Origin: a bacterium
GTDB taxonomy: Bacteria; UBA10199; 2-02-FULL-44-16; JAAZCA01
Length of the DNA stretch: 64,000 bases
Direction of reading: 5' to 3'
NCBI GenBank assembly: GCA_963674695.2
Contig: CAXXGI010000001.1
Span: 128,001-192,000, forward strand
Shown here one piece after another: positions 1 through 10,309 of this stretch; within the stretch, counting starts at the first letter, position 1; every line of letters starts with the position of its first letter. The position numbers and the translations under genes were made by a program. Below the pieces are notes generated by a model. It saw only the letters and a list, made by a program, of their open reading frames with translations, was not told the DNA's origin and ran no database searches.

Positions 1-5
1 TCGAG

Positions 6-1292
6 TTGGGGCAAGATCTCGAGCGCATGGGCTGCGATTCGATCTGCATCAAAGACATGGCCGGGCTGATCACGCCGACGGTCGCCTTCGACCTGGTGGC
101 TGGGCTCAAGGCCAACATCAAGATCCCGGTGGCACTGCACAGCCACGCCACGACGGGGCTGGCCACCGCATCGCTGCTCAAGGCCATCGAGGCCGGATGC
201 GACACAATCGACACGGCCATCTCCTCTTTGAGCCTGGGCACCTCGCACGCGCCGACCGAGACCATGGTGACGATGCTCGCGGGAACGCCCAACGACACGG
301 GACTGCGCCTGGATCTGCTCACCGAGATCGCCGCGCACTTCCGGGTCGCGCGTCGCAGCTATGCGGAATTCGAAAGCGCCTTCTCGGGCGTGGACACGCG
401 CATCCTCACGAGCCAGGTCCCGGGCGGCATGCTCTCCAATCTGGAGAGCCAGCTGCGCCAACAGAATGCCGCCGACAAGATGGACGCGGTCATGAACGAG
501 ATCCCGCAGGTGCGCAAGGAACTGGGCTATCCGCCGCTGGTCACGCCCACCTCGCAGATTGTCGGCACGCAGGCCGTGCTCAACGTCCTGCAGGGAGCGC
601 GTTACAAGACGATCACGGCCGAGACCAAGGCCCTGCTCGGCGGCCATTATGGGCGCACGCCCGCACCGGTCGATCCCGAGATCCAGAAGCAAGCGCTCGG
701 AGACGAAGAACCGATCACCTGTCGGCCGGCGGATCTCATCGACCCGGAGATGGCGAAACTCAAAGGGGAGCTCAAGGATACGGTCACATCGGTCGAGGAT
801 ATCCTGACCTACGCCCTCTTCCCGAAGGTGGCCCTCGGCTTCTTCGCCGCACGCGAGGCGGGCGAAACAGCCCCTGCACCGAAGACCGCCGAAGCAACGC
901 CTGCGACAAGCTCGTCGTCAGCGCCGAGCACCGGCCACTGTTCGATCTATACGGTCTCCGTCGATGGCGTGTCCTACAGCGTCTGCATCGAGGAGGGCGA
1001 GGGCAAGGGTGGCATGGAGATGCGCCCGGCCAAGACGCACCTGACCACCGAAGGTGTCACCGAAGAGGAAGGAACCTCCATCGTCGACGCACCGCTAGCA
1101 GGTCGTGTCATCCGGCACGTGAAAAATCCGGGCGAGAAGATCGCCTCGGGGGAAACGGTCCTCATCATCGAAGCGATGAAGATGGAGACCGAGATCAACG
1201 CGAGCGAAGACGGCGTGCTACACCGCTTCTTCGTCCGCGAAGGCCAGGAGTTCGCGCACGGCGAACCGATGTATGCGTTGAAAAAGGCATAA
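6..1292 (+). CDS. oadA: Oxaloacetate decarboxylase alpha / pyruvate carboxylase subunit B family, 5'-truncated by window edge
   Basis: CIKDMAG, HSHATTG, QVPGGMLSNL, GYPPLVTPTSQIVGTQA carboxyltransferase motifs; Ala/Pro/Thr linker; C-terminal biotinyl domain EAMKME; oadB directly downstream. Confidence 0.85.
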   Translation: MGQDLERMGCDSICIKDMAGLITPTVAFDLVAGLKANIKIPVALHSHATTGLATASLLKAIEAGCDTIDTAISSLSLGTSHAPTETMVTMLAGTPNDTGLRLDLLTEIAAHFRVARRSYAEFESAFSGVDTRILTSQVPGGMLSNLESQLRQQNAADKMDAVMNEIPQVRKELGYPPLVTPTSQIVGTQAVLNVLQGARYKTITAETKALLGGHYGRTPAPVDPEIQKQALGDEEPITCRPADLIDPEMAKLKGELKDTVTSVEDILTYALFPKVALGFFAAREAGETAPAPKTAEATPATSSSSAPSTGHCSIYTVSVDGVSYSVCIEEGEGKGGMEMRPAKTHLTTEGVTEEEGTSIVDAPLAGRVIRHVKNPGEKIASGETVLIIEAMKMETEINASEDGVLHRFFVREGQEFAHGEPMYALKKA

Positions 1293-1316
1293 GGAATTGA
1301 TGACAAGCTCCGATTC

Positions 1317-1420
1317 TGTCATCCCGACCGACCGAGCTAAAGCGAGGAAGTGGAGGGATCTCATGATATACAAGGGATTCCTCCATGCGCTCATTTCTTT
1401 CGCTTAGTCGCGGAATGACA
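1317..1420. repeat. REP-like palindromic element
   Basis: Ends TGTCATCCCG...GGAATGACA with internal GGAGGGATCTC/GGATTCCTCC; intergenic. Confidence 0.6.
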
Positions 1421-1466
1421 ATACAGACTCAGTCAAGGAACACTTACAGCAATCAACGAGGCATCC

Positions 1467-2819
1467 ATGAGAAACACGCTCATCTTCTGTGGCATCATTA
1501 TGGCGCTCTTTGTCGCCATGACCGCGCCCCGCGCCATCGCGCAGCAGTTTGCACCGCCGAGCGCGAGCACGCAGCTGCAATCGCAGGCGCGCGGATTTGA
1601 AGGCGGCATCGCAGGTCTCGTCGATCGCCTCTGGAAGACGACCGGAATCTATCAGTTCGCCAACCGCCAGCAGGGCGATCCGGAACCGGCCACGATGCTC
1701 ATGCCGCACGTGGAGACCGACTATCCGACGGCGGCCGGCTGGATGAAGCTCATCATGATCCTGCTCGGCGGCGTGATGCTCTATCTGGCCATCGCCAAGA
1801 AGTTCGAACCGCTCCTGCTCGTCCCCATCGGCTTCGGCGCGATCCTCACCAACATCCCCATGGGCGGCATCGCCCTCGAGGGGGGACTGCTCAAATACTT
1901 CTTCGACATCGGGATCGCCACCGAGGTCTGCCCGCTGCTCATCTTCATGGGCATCGGCGCGCTGACCGATTTCGGTCCGCTGATCGCCAACCCCAAGACG
2001 GCGTTTCTCGGTGCAGCCGCGCAGTTCGGCGTCTTCGCCACCGTCATCGGCGCGCTCATTCTCACCAAGTATTTCGGATTTGGGTTCTCGCTGCAGGATG
2101 CCTGTTCCATCGGCATCATCGGGGGTGCGGACGGCCCGACCTCGATCTTCCTGTCGAGTCAACTCTCGCCCCAGCTGATGGGCGCCATCGCGGTGGCCGC
2201 CTACTCCTATATGGCGCTCGTGCCGGTCATCCAGCCGCCGATCATGCGGCTTTTGACCTCCGCAAAGGAACGGCGCGTCGTGATGCAGCAGCTCCGCCCC
2301 GTCTCGAAGGCGGAGAAGATCGCCTTTCCGCTCATCCTGCTCGTGGCCTGCATCCTGCTGCTTCCGACGGCCACGCCGCTGATCGGCATGCTCGCCTTCG
2401 GCAACATCCTGCGCGAATCGGGCGTGGTCGAGCGCCTCTCCAAGACCGCACAGAATGAGCTGATCAACATCGTGACGATCGTGTTGGGGTTGGGCGTGTC
2501 GACCAAACTCGCGGCCGAACAGTTTCTCCGCGTGGACACGCTGGGCATCCTGGTGCTGGGGCTCATCGCGTTTTCGATCTCGACCGCCGCGGGCCTCATC
2601 CTGGGCAAGATCATGTGCCGGCTCTCCGGCTGGAAGGTCAACCCGCTCATCGGCGCCGCGGGCGTCTCCGCCGTCCCCATGGCCGCGCGCGTGGCAGCTG
2701 TGGAGGGTCAGCGCGAGAATCCCAGCAACTATCTGCTCATGCACGCCATGGGTCCAAACGTCGCCGGTGTGATCGGAACCGCCGTCGCCGCGGGCGTGCT
2801 GCTGGCGGTGTTTCGATAA
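1467..2819 (+). CDS. oadB: Sodium ion-translocating decarboxylase beta subunit
   Basis: [61 protein letters not shown]. Confidence 0.95.
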   Translation: MRNTLIFCGIIMALFVAMTAPRAIAQQFAPPSASTQLQSQARGFEGGIAGLVDRLWKTTGIYQFANRQQGDPEPATMLMPHVETDYPTAAGWMKLIMILLGGVMLYLAIAKKFEPLLLVPIGFGAILTNIPMGGIALEGGLLKYFFDIGIATEVCPLLIFMGIGALTDFGPLIANPKTAFLGAAAQFGVFATVIGALILTKYFGFGFSLQDACSIGIIGGADGPTSIFLSSQLSPQLMGAIAVAAYSYMALVPVIQPPIMRLLTSAKERRVVMQQLRPVSKAEKIAFPLILLVACILLLPTATPLIGMLAFGNILRESGVVERLSKTAQNELINIVTIVLGLGVSTKLAAEQFLRVDTLGILVLGLIAFSISTAAGLILGKIMCRLSGWKVNPLIGAAGVSAVPMAARVAAVEGQRENPSNYLLMHAMGPNVAGVIGTAVAAGVLLAVFR

Positions 2820-2828
2820 AAACGAAGA

Positions 2829-2865
2829 CAAAAAAAGAGGTGCGACACCTGCGTGCCGCACCCCT
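2829..2865 (-). terminator. Intrinsic terminator between convergent oadB and bioY
   Basis: GGTGCG...CGCACC hairpin next to an A-run (U-tract on minus strand). Confidence 0.55.
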
Positions 2866-2888
2866 TCATCATCGAAGAATACAATCCC

Positions 2889-3428
2889 CTACGACCGAAT
2901 AGCCTTTACCAGACCGCTGGCGGCGATCGCCTTGACGAGATCGGCGATGAGAAACGGCGCCACACCCATGGCGACCGCCTGCGACCAGCTCCCGCCGATC
3001 GACAGCTTCAGCCACGCCACGCCCGGGATGTAGATCGCCAGTGCGGCGCTGACGCAGACGAGCGCGGTAGCATACCAACGGTTCGTTCGCACGAAGCCGA
3101 CGATCGCCGCGGCCGCGATGAAACCGACCAGATACCCGCCGGTGGCACCCACCATGTGCTGCCAACCGCTGGCACCAGCGAAGAACGGTGCACCCAACAG
3201 TCCCAGGGCGAGATACCAGCCGACCATCTGGAGCGCATAGTAGCGGCCGAGCAATCCCGCACAGGCGATGAGCGCAAAGGTCTGCAGCGTGATGGGCACG
3301 GGCGTTCCCGGGATGGGGATGCGAACCAACGCCGAAAAACCGACCAGGATCGCGAGCGCGAAACTCGCGGCGGACAGGACGAGCACGTTGCTCGGGACTC
3401 CAATGCGTTCGAGTGCAGCGATTTTCAT
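2889..3428 (-). CDS. bioY: Biotin transporter BioY
   Basis: PGTPVPITLQT, LGLLGAPFFAG, TGGYLVGF, PFLIADLVK; next to a biotin-dependent decarboxylase. Confidence 0.92.
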   Translation of the reverse strand: MKIAALERIGVPSNVLVLSAASFALAILVGFSALVRIPIPGTPVPITLQTFALIACAGLLGRYYALQMVGWYLALGLLGAPFFAGASGWQHMVGATGGYLVGFIAAAAIVGFVRTNRWYATALVCVSAALAIYIPGVAWLKLSIGGSWSQAVAMGVAPFLIADLVKAIAASGLVKAIRS

Positions 3429-3480
3429 ATCAAGCTCCTTTGTTTGTCATTTTCATACTGCTGATAAAACCTTCTCGTGC

Positions 3481-3576
3481 TGTCATTCCCGCGGGGGTAA
3501 GCGGAAATCTCGATTTTGATGGCACATCGAGATCCCCGCCTTCGCGGGGATGACACCGTGGAGACTCGGGGATGAC
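3481..3576. repeat. REP/dRS3-like palindrome (GTCATTCCCGCG...CGCGGGGATGAC) with a partial extra half-site
   Basis: Same family as the copies at 10195 and 38263. Confidence 0.75.
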
Positions 3577-3583
3577 ACTCCTC

Positions 3584-4126
3584 TTATCTCCGTGCCGGAC
3601 AGTTGCATGCCTTCGGCGCGGCATCCATCGCGCGCGCCGTATTGAGTTCACCCGATGTGCCGCTGGCGACAGGCGCACCCGCCTTCCAGCCCCATGCTCC
3701 GCCGGTCCAGACGGCCATCGGCGTGCGCCCAGCCCCCGCATCGATCTCGAAGCGAACGTCCCGCTTCGCATCGAATGTCTTGGCCACCGCCGGCGCGTAC
3801 ACCGGAAGCCGCTCGGCGAGCACATCGGTGAACGTGCGGATGAGGCGCTGGGCATACGCCTGGAGACGTCCTCGATCGTATTGCAGATCCGGTGCAAGCA
3901 CCGTCATCTCCACATCGATAACACCGTCCTTGGTGAGTCGCGGCGCGAGCGCCACGCGATCGGAGGAGAGATAGAGGCTCACCGTGTCGACCTGTGTGAG
4001 CAGGGCCGCGCGCTCAGTGAGCACCACAGGCTTATTCAGATCGGCCTTTTTGATCTCCGCATGGGCGACGGCCCCGAAGATGAGCAGGATGGCGATGATA
4101 GGAGCGACAAAACGCATGATGGACAT
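3584..4126 (-). CDS. Hypothetical exported protein
   Basis: Signal peptide MRFVAPIIAILLIFGAVAHA; G-rich RBS; CxC at C-terminus. Confidence 0.65.
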   Translation of the reverse strand: MSIMRFVAPIIAILLIFGAVAHAEIKKADLNKPVVLTERAALLTQVDTVSLYLSSDRVALAPRLTKDGVIDVEMTVLAPDLQYDRGRLQAYAQRLIRTFTDVLAERLPVYAPAVAKTFDAKRDVRFEIDAGAGRTPMAVWTGGAWGWKAGAPVASGTSGELNTARAMDAAPKACNCPARR

Positions 4127-4212
4127 CCCCCTCCCCCGCAAGGCTTAAATACGAGGGAGACGGCGGTGTCAAGGAGGGAGAAAAAAGGTCACTGCCCGAT
4201 TTCCGGAATCCG

Positions 4213-5148
4213 TTAGATATACCACGTGAACATGAGCTCGGCGCCGCCGCCGAAGAAGAAGGCGCCCTTGTCGTTTTTCTGCCCGCCGCCGATCAGCATT
4301 TCTCCTCCGAGGTTGAGGGAGATGGGGAGACCGGGGCCTGGCGAGACGATGTTATAGCCGAGTCCAAACATATATCCGATGGACCAGTAGTCGCTGTCGG
4401 AAGTCGTGGGGGTACCTTCAGAGGTGACGGTCTTCTTGCCGTTATCGTCGATGGTGCCCCACTGGCCGAAGAGGCCATTTTTTACACTGAAGTTCACGAT
4501 ATTGCCGAACTTCATGGCGAGGTTATACCCGAGCGACGTGCGGTGCGCAGGGTTGAGATAGAAGTAGGAATACCCCGCTCCGAGTTCGCCACTGAAGGAG
4601 GACGAGGAGAAGTCGCTTTCCGAGGAGCCGCGAAAGGCAAGCCCCGCCTTTGCCCGAACGTCGGGATTGAAGCCGTTGAGGAGATCGCCCCCAACGCCGG
4701 CGCCCACGCCGAGCGTTGGACCAACGCCGAAACCGGAATCGATGTCCGATCCCACATCCTGTTACTGGATCCTCGTCCTCCGGACGGCGTAACGCCTCCT
4801 CACCAGCACCTTCTCCGTCGTCGCTTCGTCCTGATCTTCCTCTATCGCCGCCTTGTCCCGACACTTCTCCGTCAAAGCATGCTTGCCGTCGATCTTCACA
4901 TCCTCAATGTCGCGCACGCGTTCGACGTCGCGAAAGAGGTTCGGCACGGCGCGCGCGCAAGAGGAACCCGTCTTCACAAAACGCGATCCGTTCGGGTCGC
5001 TGATTTCGACCTCTTTCATACCCTTCTTCCTCAGGCCGAAGCACTGCCGCACGAGCGTCTTACAGGAACACTCGAACGCATCTCCCTTTTGTGTGCCGAT
5101 TTTTTCACACGGTGGATAGAAGTCCTTCACGCGTTTGACCTTGCCCAT
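4213..5148 (-). pseudogene. Probable single interrupted gene: Cys-rich N-terminal part (4762..5148) plus Gly/aromatic beta-strand-rich C-terminal part (4213..4755)
   Basis: Both ORFs share a frame, separated by TAA at 4762-4764 plus 2 codons; C-terminal part ends GGGAELMFTWYI, resembling a beta-barrel terminal strand. Confidence 0.45.
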
Positions 5149-5311
5149 AATCGCTCCTTGACTGCCTCCCCCGGAGTCTCATCTATAGTTATCGAGTGCA
5201 CATAGTAAAAGGTGCGCCCTTTTTCCACCCGAACGCACATTTTCATCCATATAGAAGTACCATGGTGACTCCTGCAAATGAGATGCGTTGAGCTGATGGG
5301 CGGTTAGGACA

Positions 5312-7651
5312 TTACTCCGGAATCGGCTTGAGCTTGACGATGACGGGGTTGAACTCGTTCACCGCCAGAGAGATGTTGAGATCGGTGGGGAGATAGCCCG
5401 ACTTCTCGATGCGGATACGGTAGTTGCCCAGCGGAAGCTCGTGGAGGATGACCGGCGTCTTCTGTGCCACCGGCTTGTCGTTGACCACGACATTGGCGCC
5501 CGGCGGTTCGGAATAGACGTAGAGCACCGACCGGAAGGGCGAGAGTTTCTGGAAGAGATCGTTGGCCTCGCGCTTGACCCCCTCGTCCTCGGCCTTGAGC
5601 AACACCTCGACCAAGAGCGGTAGCGCCTTATTCAGCGCCTTCATGCGTGCATAGCCCTCAACGAGACCCAAGAGCGCCTGGTTGCGATATTCATCATTGG
5701 TCTTGGCCTGTTCGAAGTACCCCATCGCCCGCTGGATGTCGTTGAGGCTGAGATAACAGACGCCGAGCAGATAGTTGGCCAGCGCTACCTCGGACGGTGC
5801 CGGCTCGGAGTTCAGCGCCTCAGCCAGCTCGTTGATCGCGTCCTGGTACATCTGACGATTCATGGCCAGACGCGCGTTGTTCACATGCGCACCCGCGAGC
5901 GACGTCTTGAGCTTCACGTTCGCGACGAACGGCGTGTTGATGTCGACCTTCAAGTCCTCGGAGTGTTCGAAGTATCCCTCTTTGCGCACGGTGAGTTTGT
6001 GCTCGCCCAGCGGGAAGGTCCCCTCAAATGGCGTCTTCCCCACCTTCTTGCTGTCGATGTAGACATCGGCGCTGGCTGGCTCAGACTTGATCTTGACCGG
6101 GAAGGTCTCCAGATCGCCCTCCTTGATCTCGAGCGCAAACGCCGGACTCTCCTCGGCCAGGACGAATTCGCGCCGAAAGATGATATCTTCGATGAAGGTC
6201 GGTGACGTCTCGCCCATCTGGCGCGAACGCCGCAGCTCGATCAGGTATTCGCCATACGGCACATAGAAGGGCTTGCCCAGGATCACCTCTTTGATCTTCG
6301 CGCTGCGTTCCTGGAATTTATCGTAGGCAAAGCGCCCCTCGATATAGAGCTGAACGTCGCGCGGCAGATCGTCGATCTTGATGATGCCAATCGGCCCACG
6401 AAAGAGGATGGGGATGACCGACTTGCCCAGCTCGACGGTGAACTCGGCCCGCTGGGTGTACTGCTCTTTGACATCCTCCATCATGAAGCGCGCCTCGGTC
6501 GTGTAGGTCTTGCCCGGTTCGAGCTCCACATTGACGCGCAAGGGGGTTGCCCCCAGCTCCTTGCCCTGAAAGGTGACCGTCGCCGTCGTGGGAGAGGAGG
6601 CGAAGTCGAGAAAGACCGGAATCTTCGGAACGGCCGATTTCGCCGGAGGCGCTGTCTTTGGAGAAGGGGTCTTCGCCGTCGCTCCCTGCTCGGGGATGCC
6701 CGGCGTCGTCTTCGCGGGCATCGCGGCAAGCGCCTTCTCCGACGTGGCCTCTGTTTTTCCCTCCGACTCCGTCTTCTTCGCCGCCGCCTTTGGCTGATCT
6801 TCCGAAGCCTTCACGGCCGGGGCCTTCTCCGTTGTTTTTTTCTTCGCGCCTGCATCCTTCGCCGCCGCCTTTTTGTCCACCTTTGCCGAGCGGGCCTTGG
6901 TCTTCGGCGCCTTGAAAAAATGGCGATAGCCGAAGTAGCCCCCCACGACGAAAATCATGACCAAGAGGGCCCCGAGCATGACGATCGGGCGTCGACGCGA
7001 TGCCTTTGGCTGCGGCACCTCATCCTCCGGACCGGGGAAATCGCCCCGATCATCGTCGGGAGGCGGCAAGAAAGAACCGCTCTCCTCAATCTCTTCGATC
7101 TCTTCAGCACTGCCCAGGCGTGCCGTCTCGCTCTCGGGCGGGGCTGAGACAAAGACGGTTCGATCCGCACTGGCAAGCTCGGGCGGGAGAGTCAGCTCCT
7201 CCTCCACACCGATCGGCTTGGTGATGAGTCGCAGCTGATAGATACCGGTCTTGACCACATCTTTGTGGCCGATAACGGTGGCATCGGTGATGAGCGCCCC
7301 GTTGACGTAGCTGCCATTCTTGCTGCCGAGATCGCGCACCGTGATACCGCTCTCGCCCCGGTTGATCTCGGCATGCTGGCGCGAGACGCTCTGATCGTCG
7401 AGTTGAATGGTATTGGTGGTCGTGCGCCCGATCAGGTTCGGCCCCGCCAACAGGGAAAATCGAGCGCCGATGCGCGGCCCATCGACGACGACCATGTAGG
7501 GCAACTCGGCATGCGGCTTGGCGGGTGTAGCCTCTTCCTCATCCTCGATCGGGCGAATGACGGTACGATCCTCAGGACGCGGCATATCCGGCGTTTCCGT
7601 CGCCTCTTCTGCAACATGCGGATCGGTCTTGTCATTATCGATATCGGCCAT
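5312..7651 (-). CDS. FHA domain / TM / PEGA repeats / TPR protein
   Basis: FHA motif IGR..VSRQHA..DLGSKNGSYVNG; TM IVMLGALLVMIFVVGGYFGY; PEGA motifs SEPASADVYID..GKTP and SEPPGANVVVN; TPR helices. Start placed at ATG 7651. Confidence 0.85.
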   Translation of the reverse strand: MADIDNDKTDPHVAEEATETPDMPRPEDRTVIRPIEDEEEATPAKPHAELPYMVVVDGPRIGARFSLLAGPNLIGRTTTNTIQLDDQSVSRQHAEINRGESGITVRDLGSKNGSYVNGALITDATVIGHKDVVKTGIYQLRLITKPIGVEEELTLPPELASADRTVFVSAPPESETARLGSAEEIEEIEESGSFLPPPDDDRGDFPGPEDEVPQPKASRRRPIVMLGALLVMIFVVGGYFGYRHFFKAPKTKARSAKVDKKAAAKDAGAKKKTTEKAPAVKASEDQPKAAAKKTESEGKTEATSEKALAAMPAKTTPGIPEQGATAKTPSPKTAPPAKSAVPKIPVFLDFASSPTTATVTFQGKELGATPLRVNVELEPGKTYTTEARFMMEDVKEQYTQRAEFTVELGKSVIPILFRGPIGIIKIDDLPRDVQLYIEGRFAYDKFQERSAKIKEVILGKPFYVPYGEYLIELRRSRQMGETSPTFIEDIIFRREFVLAEESPAFALEIKEGDLETFPVKIKSEPASADVYIDSKKVGKTPFEGTFPLGEHKLTVRKEGYFEHSEDLKVDINTPFVANVKLKTSLAGAHVNNARLAMNRQMYQDAINELAEALNSEPAPSEVALANYLLGVCYLSLNDIQRAMGYFEQAKTNDEYRNQALLGLVEGYARMKALNKALPLLVEVLLKAEDEGVKREANDLFQKLSPFRSVLYVYSEPPGANVVVNDKPVAQKTPVILHELPLGNYRIRIEKSGYLPTDLNISLAVNEFNPVIVKLKPIPE

Positions 7652-7748
7652 AATCGCTCTAGATGTACCACAAAGCGACCCCCCCGACAAGCGGCGCGCT
7701 CGACGGAGACCTTGATTTTTCGAAGGAAAATCATGATAGTGGCAGTCG

Positions 7749-8819
7749 ATGCCCACCTTCATTCGACATCCCTGGATCATCGTCCTGATCGCAGCCCTGC
7801 TTTTGCCCGCCACGGCCACCGCGCGAGCAAAGGCATGCATCGACTGGCGCAGCGTGATGGCCCAGCAGATGCTGACCACGATGCCACCGGAGGGGTCGGC
7901 AATTCTCGTCGGGCCCTTCACCGACGGCACCAAGCGCTCGGGGGATGGCTGGATCTCGATGGGCTTGCGCAACTACCTGGCGGACCTCCTGGCCACCAGC
8001 GAAAAGCTCCGCGTCTTCTCGGGACTGACCGCCGCCAGCGCCGGCCCCGCCCCGGCACACACCATCACCGGCATCTTTCAGCACTTGAACCCCGGCCCGA
8101 ACGGCACGCTACGCGTCTTCATCCAGCTCAAGGACGGCCCCAGCGGAAAATTGATGCGCCAATTCGAATTGAGCTTCCCCTATCCCGGGAATGCAGCCCT
8201 CTTCCTGGAGATGGCGGGCACCGCCCGTGACATCCTGGGGTACCTCAAGGCCAAATACGACCCTGCCCGTTTTCGGATGATCCGCGATGCGACGGCATCC
8301 GTTCCAACGTTTGCCGCCTACACCAAGGGGCTTGAGGCCTACGAACAGTTCAGCGCCAAGCGGGAAAAGACGGCGAAACTCCTCTTCATCGAGGCCAAGC
8401 GTCTCGATCAGCGCTCACCCCTGGGCTATCGCGGCATGGTCGACCTCTTCACCTTCCGCGGCTTTGCGCACAAGCAGGAGGGCAAGCCCTACGGTCCAGA
8501 TTTTCAGCGGGCTCAGACCGAGCTCATGGAAATGTATCGCTATGTCCCGAGCAGCATGCCCAAAAGGCAGAAGGATGCGCCGACCGGAAACCGATTTCTC
8601 GACAGCAACGTCGCCTTCACCGAGGGACTCCATTTTGCGCAGATAGGAAAGACCGCCGAGACTATCGCGATGTTTCGGCGCGCCGTTGAACTCGTGCCCG
8701 AAGACGCCATCACCTGGCATCACATCGCGCGCCTGGAGGCGCGACAGGGAAATGTGGCCGCATCGCAGGAAGCGCTGCGCAAGGCACTGTCGATCAATCC
8801 GTGTATTGAAAACCCGTGA
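7749..8819 (+). CDS. Exported TPR-repeat protein
   Basis: Signal peptide; C-terminal TPRs (FRRAVELVPEDAITWHHIA, ALRKALSINP). Confidence 0.75.
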   Translation: MPTFIRHPWIIVLIAALLLPATATARAKACIDWRSVMAQQMLTTMPPEGSAILVGPFTDGTKRSGDGWISMGLRNYLADLLATSEKLRVFSGLTAASAGPAPAHTITGIFQHLNPGPNGTLRVFIQLKDGPSGKLMRQFELSFPYPGNAALFLEMAGTARDILGYLKAKYDPARFRMIRDATASVPTFAAYTKGLEAYEQFSAKREKTAKLLFIEAKRLDQRSPLGYRGMVDLFTFRGFAHKQEGKPYGPDFQRAQTELMEMYRYVPSSMPKRQKDAPTGNRFLDSNVAFTEGLHFAQIGKTAETIAMFRRAVELVPEDAITWHHIARLEARQGNVAASQEALRKALSINPCIENP

Positions 8820-8842
8820 CTCGTGACTCGTGACTCGTGACT
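8815..8842. repeat. Heptamer tandem repeat (CGTGACT)x4
   Basis: Four exact copies; supplies the TGA stop of the upstream gene. Confidence 0.9.
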
Positions 8843-8860
8843 CGCAAGACAAAAGATCGT

Positions 8861-8937
8861 GTTGCCGCGAGGGGAAAAGAGAAACCATTTTTACAGATTC
8901 ACCGGAGAAATGATTTCTCTTTTCCCCGGGAGGCAAC
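8861..8937. repeat. Structured hairpin repeat, copy 1 (GCCGCGAGGGGAAA...TTTCCCCGGGAGGC)
   Basis: Same outer stem as 24823 and 44031, different inner stem. Confidence 0.7.
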
Positions 8938-8971
8938 CTTGGAACTCGTCATTCGTGAATAGAGGTTCTTG

Positions 8972-10169
8972 ATGAAACATTTCTCCGTTGTTCTCATCAT
9001 CATGGCGCTGCTCGTCGCTCCCCCCCGCGGCGGCCAAGAAGAAGATCACGATGCCGACCGCGCGCGCGGTCTTCCATAACAACCAGGGCATCACCCTTCT
9101 CGACCGAGGAGACGTGAACGCAGCCGAGCTGGAGTTCAAGACCGCCATCGAGCTCTCACCGCAGTATGTGGAGGCCCATAACAACCTCGGCATCGTCTAC
9201 AAGATGAAGGGACAGCTGGACCTCGCCGGTGAGCAATTCCGCAAGGCGATCGAACTCGATAAAAAATACGCCCAGGCCTACAGCCATCTGGGCGCGACCT
9301 ATCTCGCTCAGGGATCGGCGGATGACGCCATCAAGGTGATTAAAAAGGGGCTCAAAAAAGACAGCACGGTCGCCGATGCCCACTATAACCTGGGGCTGGC
9401 CCTCTGGCAGAAAGCCGAAAATAAACCCCAATCGAAATACACCGAAGAGGCGATCGAAGAACTCGTGAAGGCGACCGAGCTCAACCCCCAGCTCACCGCT
9501 GCCCATCGCCTGCTCGCCGATCTCTACAACCGCCGCAATGAGTTGGAGAAGGCCTCCATCCGGCGACGCCTGGCCCTCGGCGACAAGCCGTTGTCGGTCA
9601 CCGACTGGGTGCGTCTGGGAAACACCTTTCTGGAACGCAACGATCCGATCAAGGCGCAGAACTGTTTCCTCAAGGCGCTCGAGATCAACCCCGAATCGGC
9701 CGAGGCCCACATGGGGCTGGGGATGTACTATCTCGCTGAGAACCAGAACGAGAAGGCCGTCGTCGAATTCAAGAGCGTGACCACCCTGACGCCAAACGAT
9801 GAATGGGGCTGGTTTCGCCTGGGCACGGTCTACCTCACGATGGGAAAGTTCAACGCAGCCGCAACAGCGCTCAAACGAGCGAAGGCCGCAAACCCTGCGC
9901 TCGCTGACCCCTCCTTTAATCTGGGCTTGACAATGCTCAAGCAGGGCAAGACACTCGAAGCAATCGCCGAGTGGGAACACACGATCGCCATCGCTCCCGA
10001 CAACGCGCGTGCGCTCTACAACCTGGCCAATCTCTATCAGCACCAGGGCCGAACTGCAGAGGCCATGCCGCTCTATTGTCGCTTCGTCAAGAATGCGGGA
10101 AACGAGTATCCCACGGAGAAGGCAATCGCGGAAAACGTCCTGAAGGCAAACAAAGCGAAGTGTAAATAG
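8972..10169 (+). CDS. Multi-TPR exported protein, frameshifted at a C7 tract in the signal peptide
   Basis: About 9 TPRs (e.g. EAHNNLGIVY, AHYNLGLAL); ATG 8972 with AGAGG RBS encodes MKHFSVVLIIMALLVAPP, which joins the TPR frame only if one C of 9020-9026 is removed. Confidence 0.8.
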
Positions 10170-10194
10170 GGTCTGCCGGAAAAAGAGTTTTTGT

Positions 10195-10265
10195 TGTCAT
10201 TCCCGAGGAATCGGGAATCCCGAAGTACTTGAAAAATCGAGATTCCCGCCTCCGCGGGAATGACA
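10195..10265. repeat. REP/dRS3-like double palindrome
   Basis: Two ATTCCC-N8-GGGAAT units around GAAGTACTTGAAAAATCGAG; near-identical to 38263..38333. Confidence 0.85.
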
Positions 10266-10309
10266 AAAGTCGTTAAAACCGCCTTTTCCCGACAGGTTAT
10301 GAATATCAT

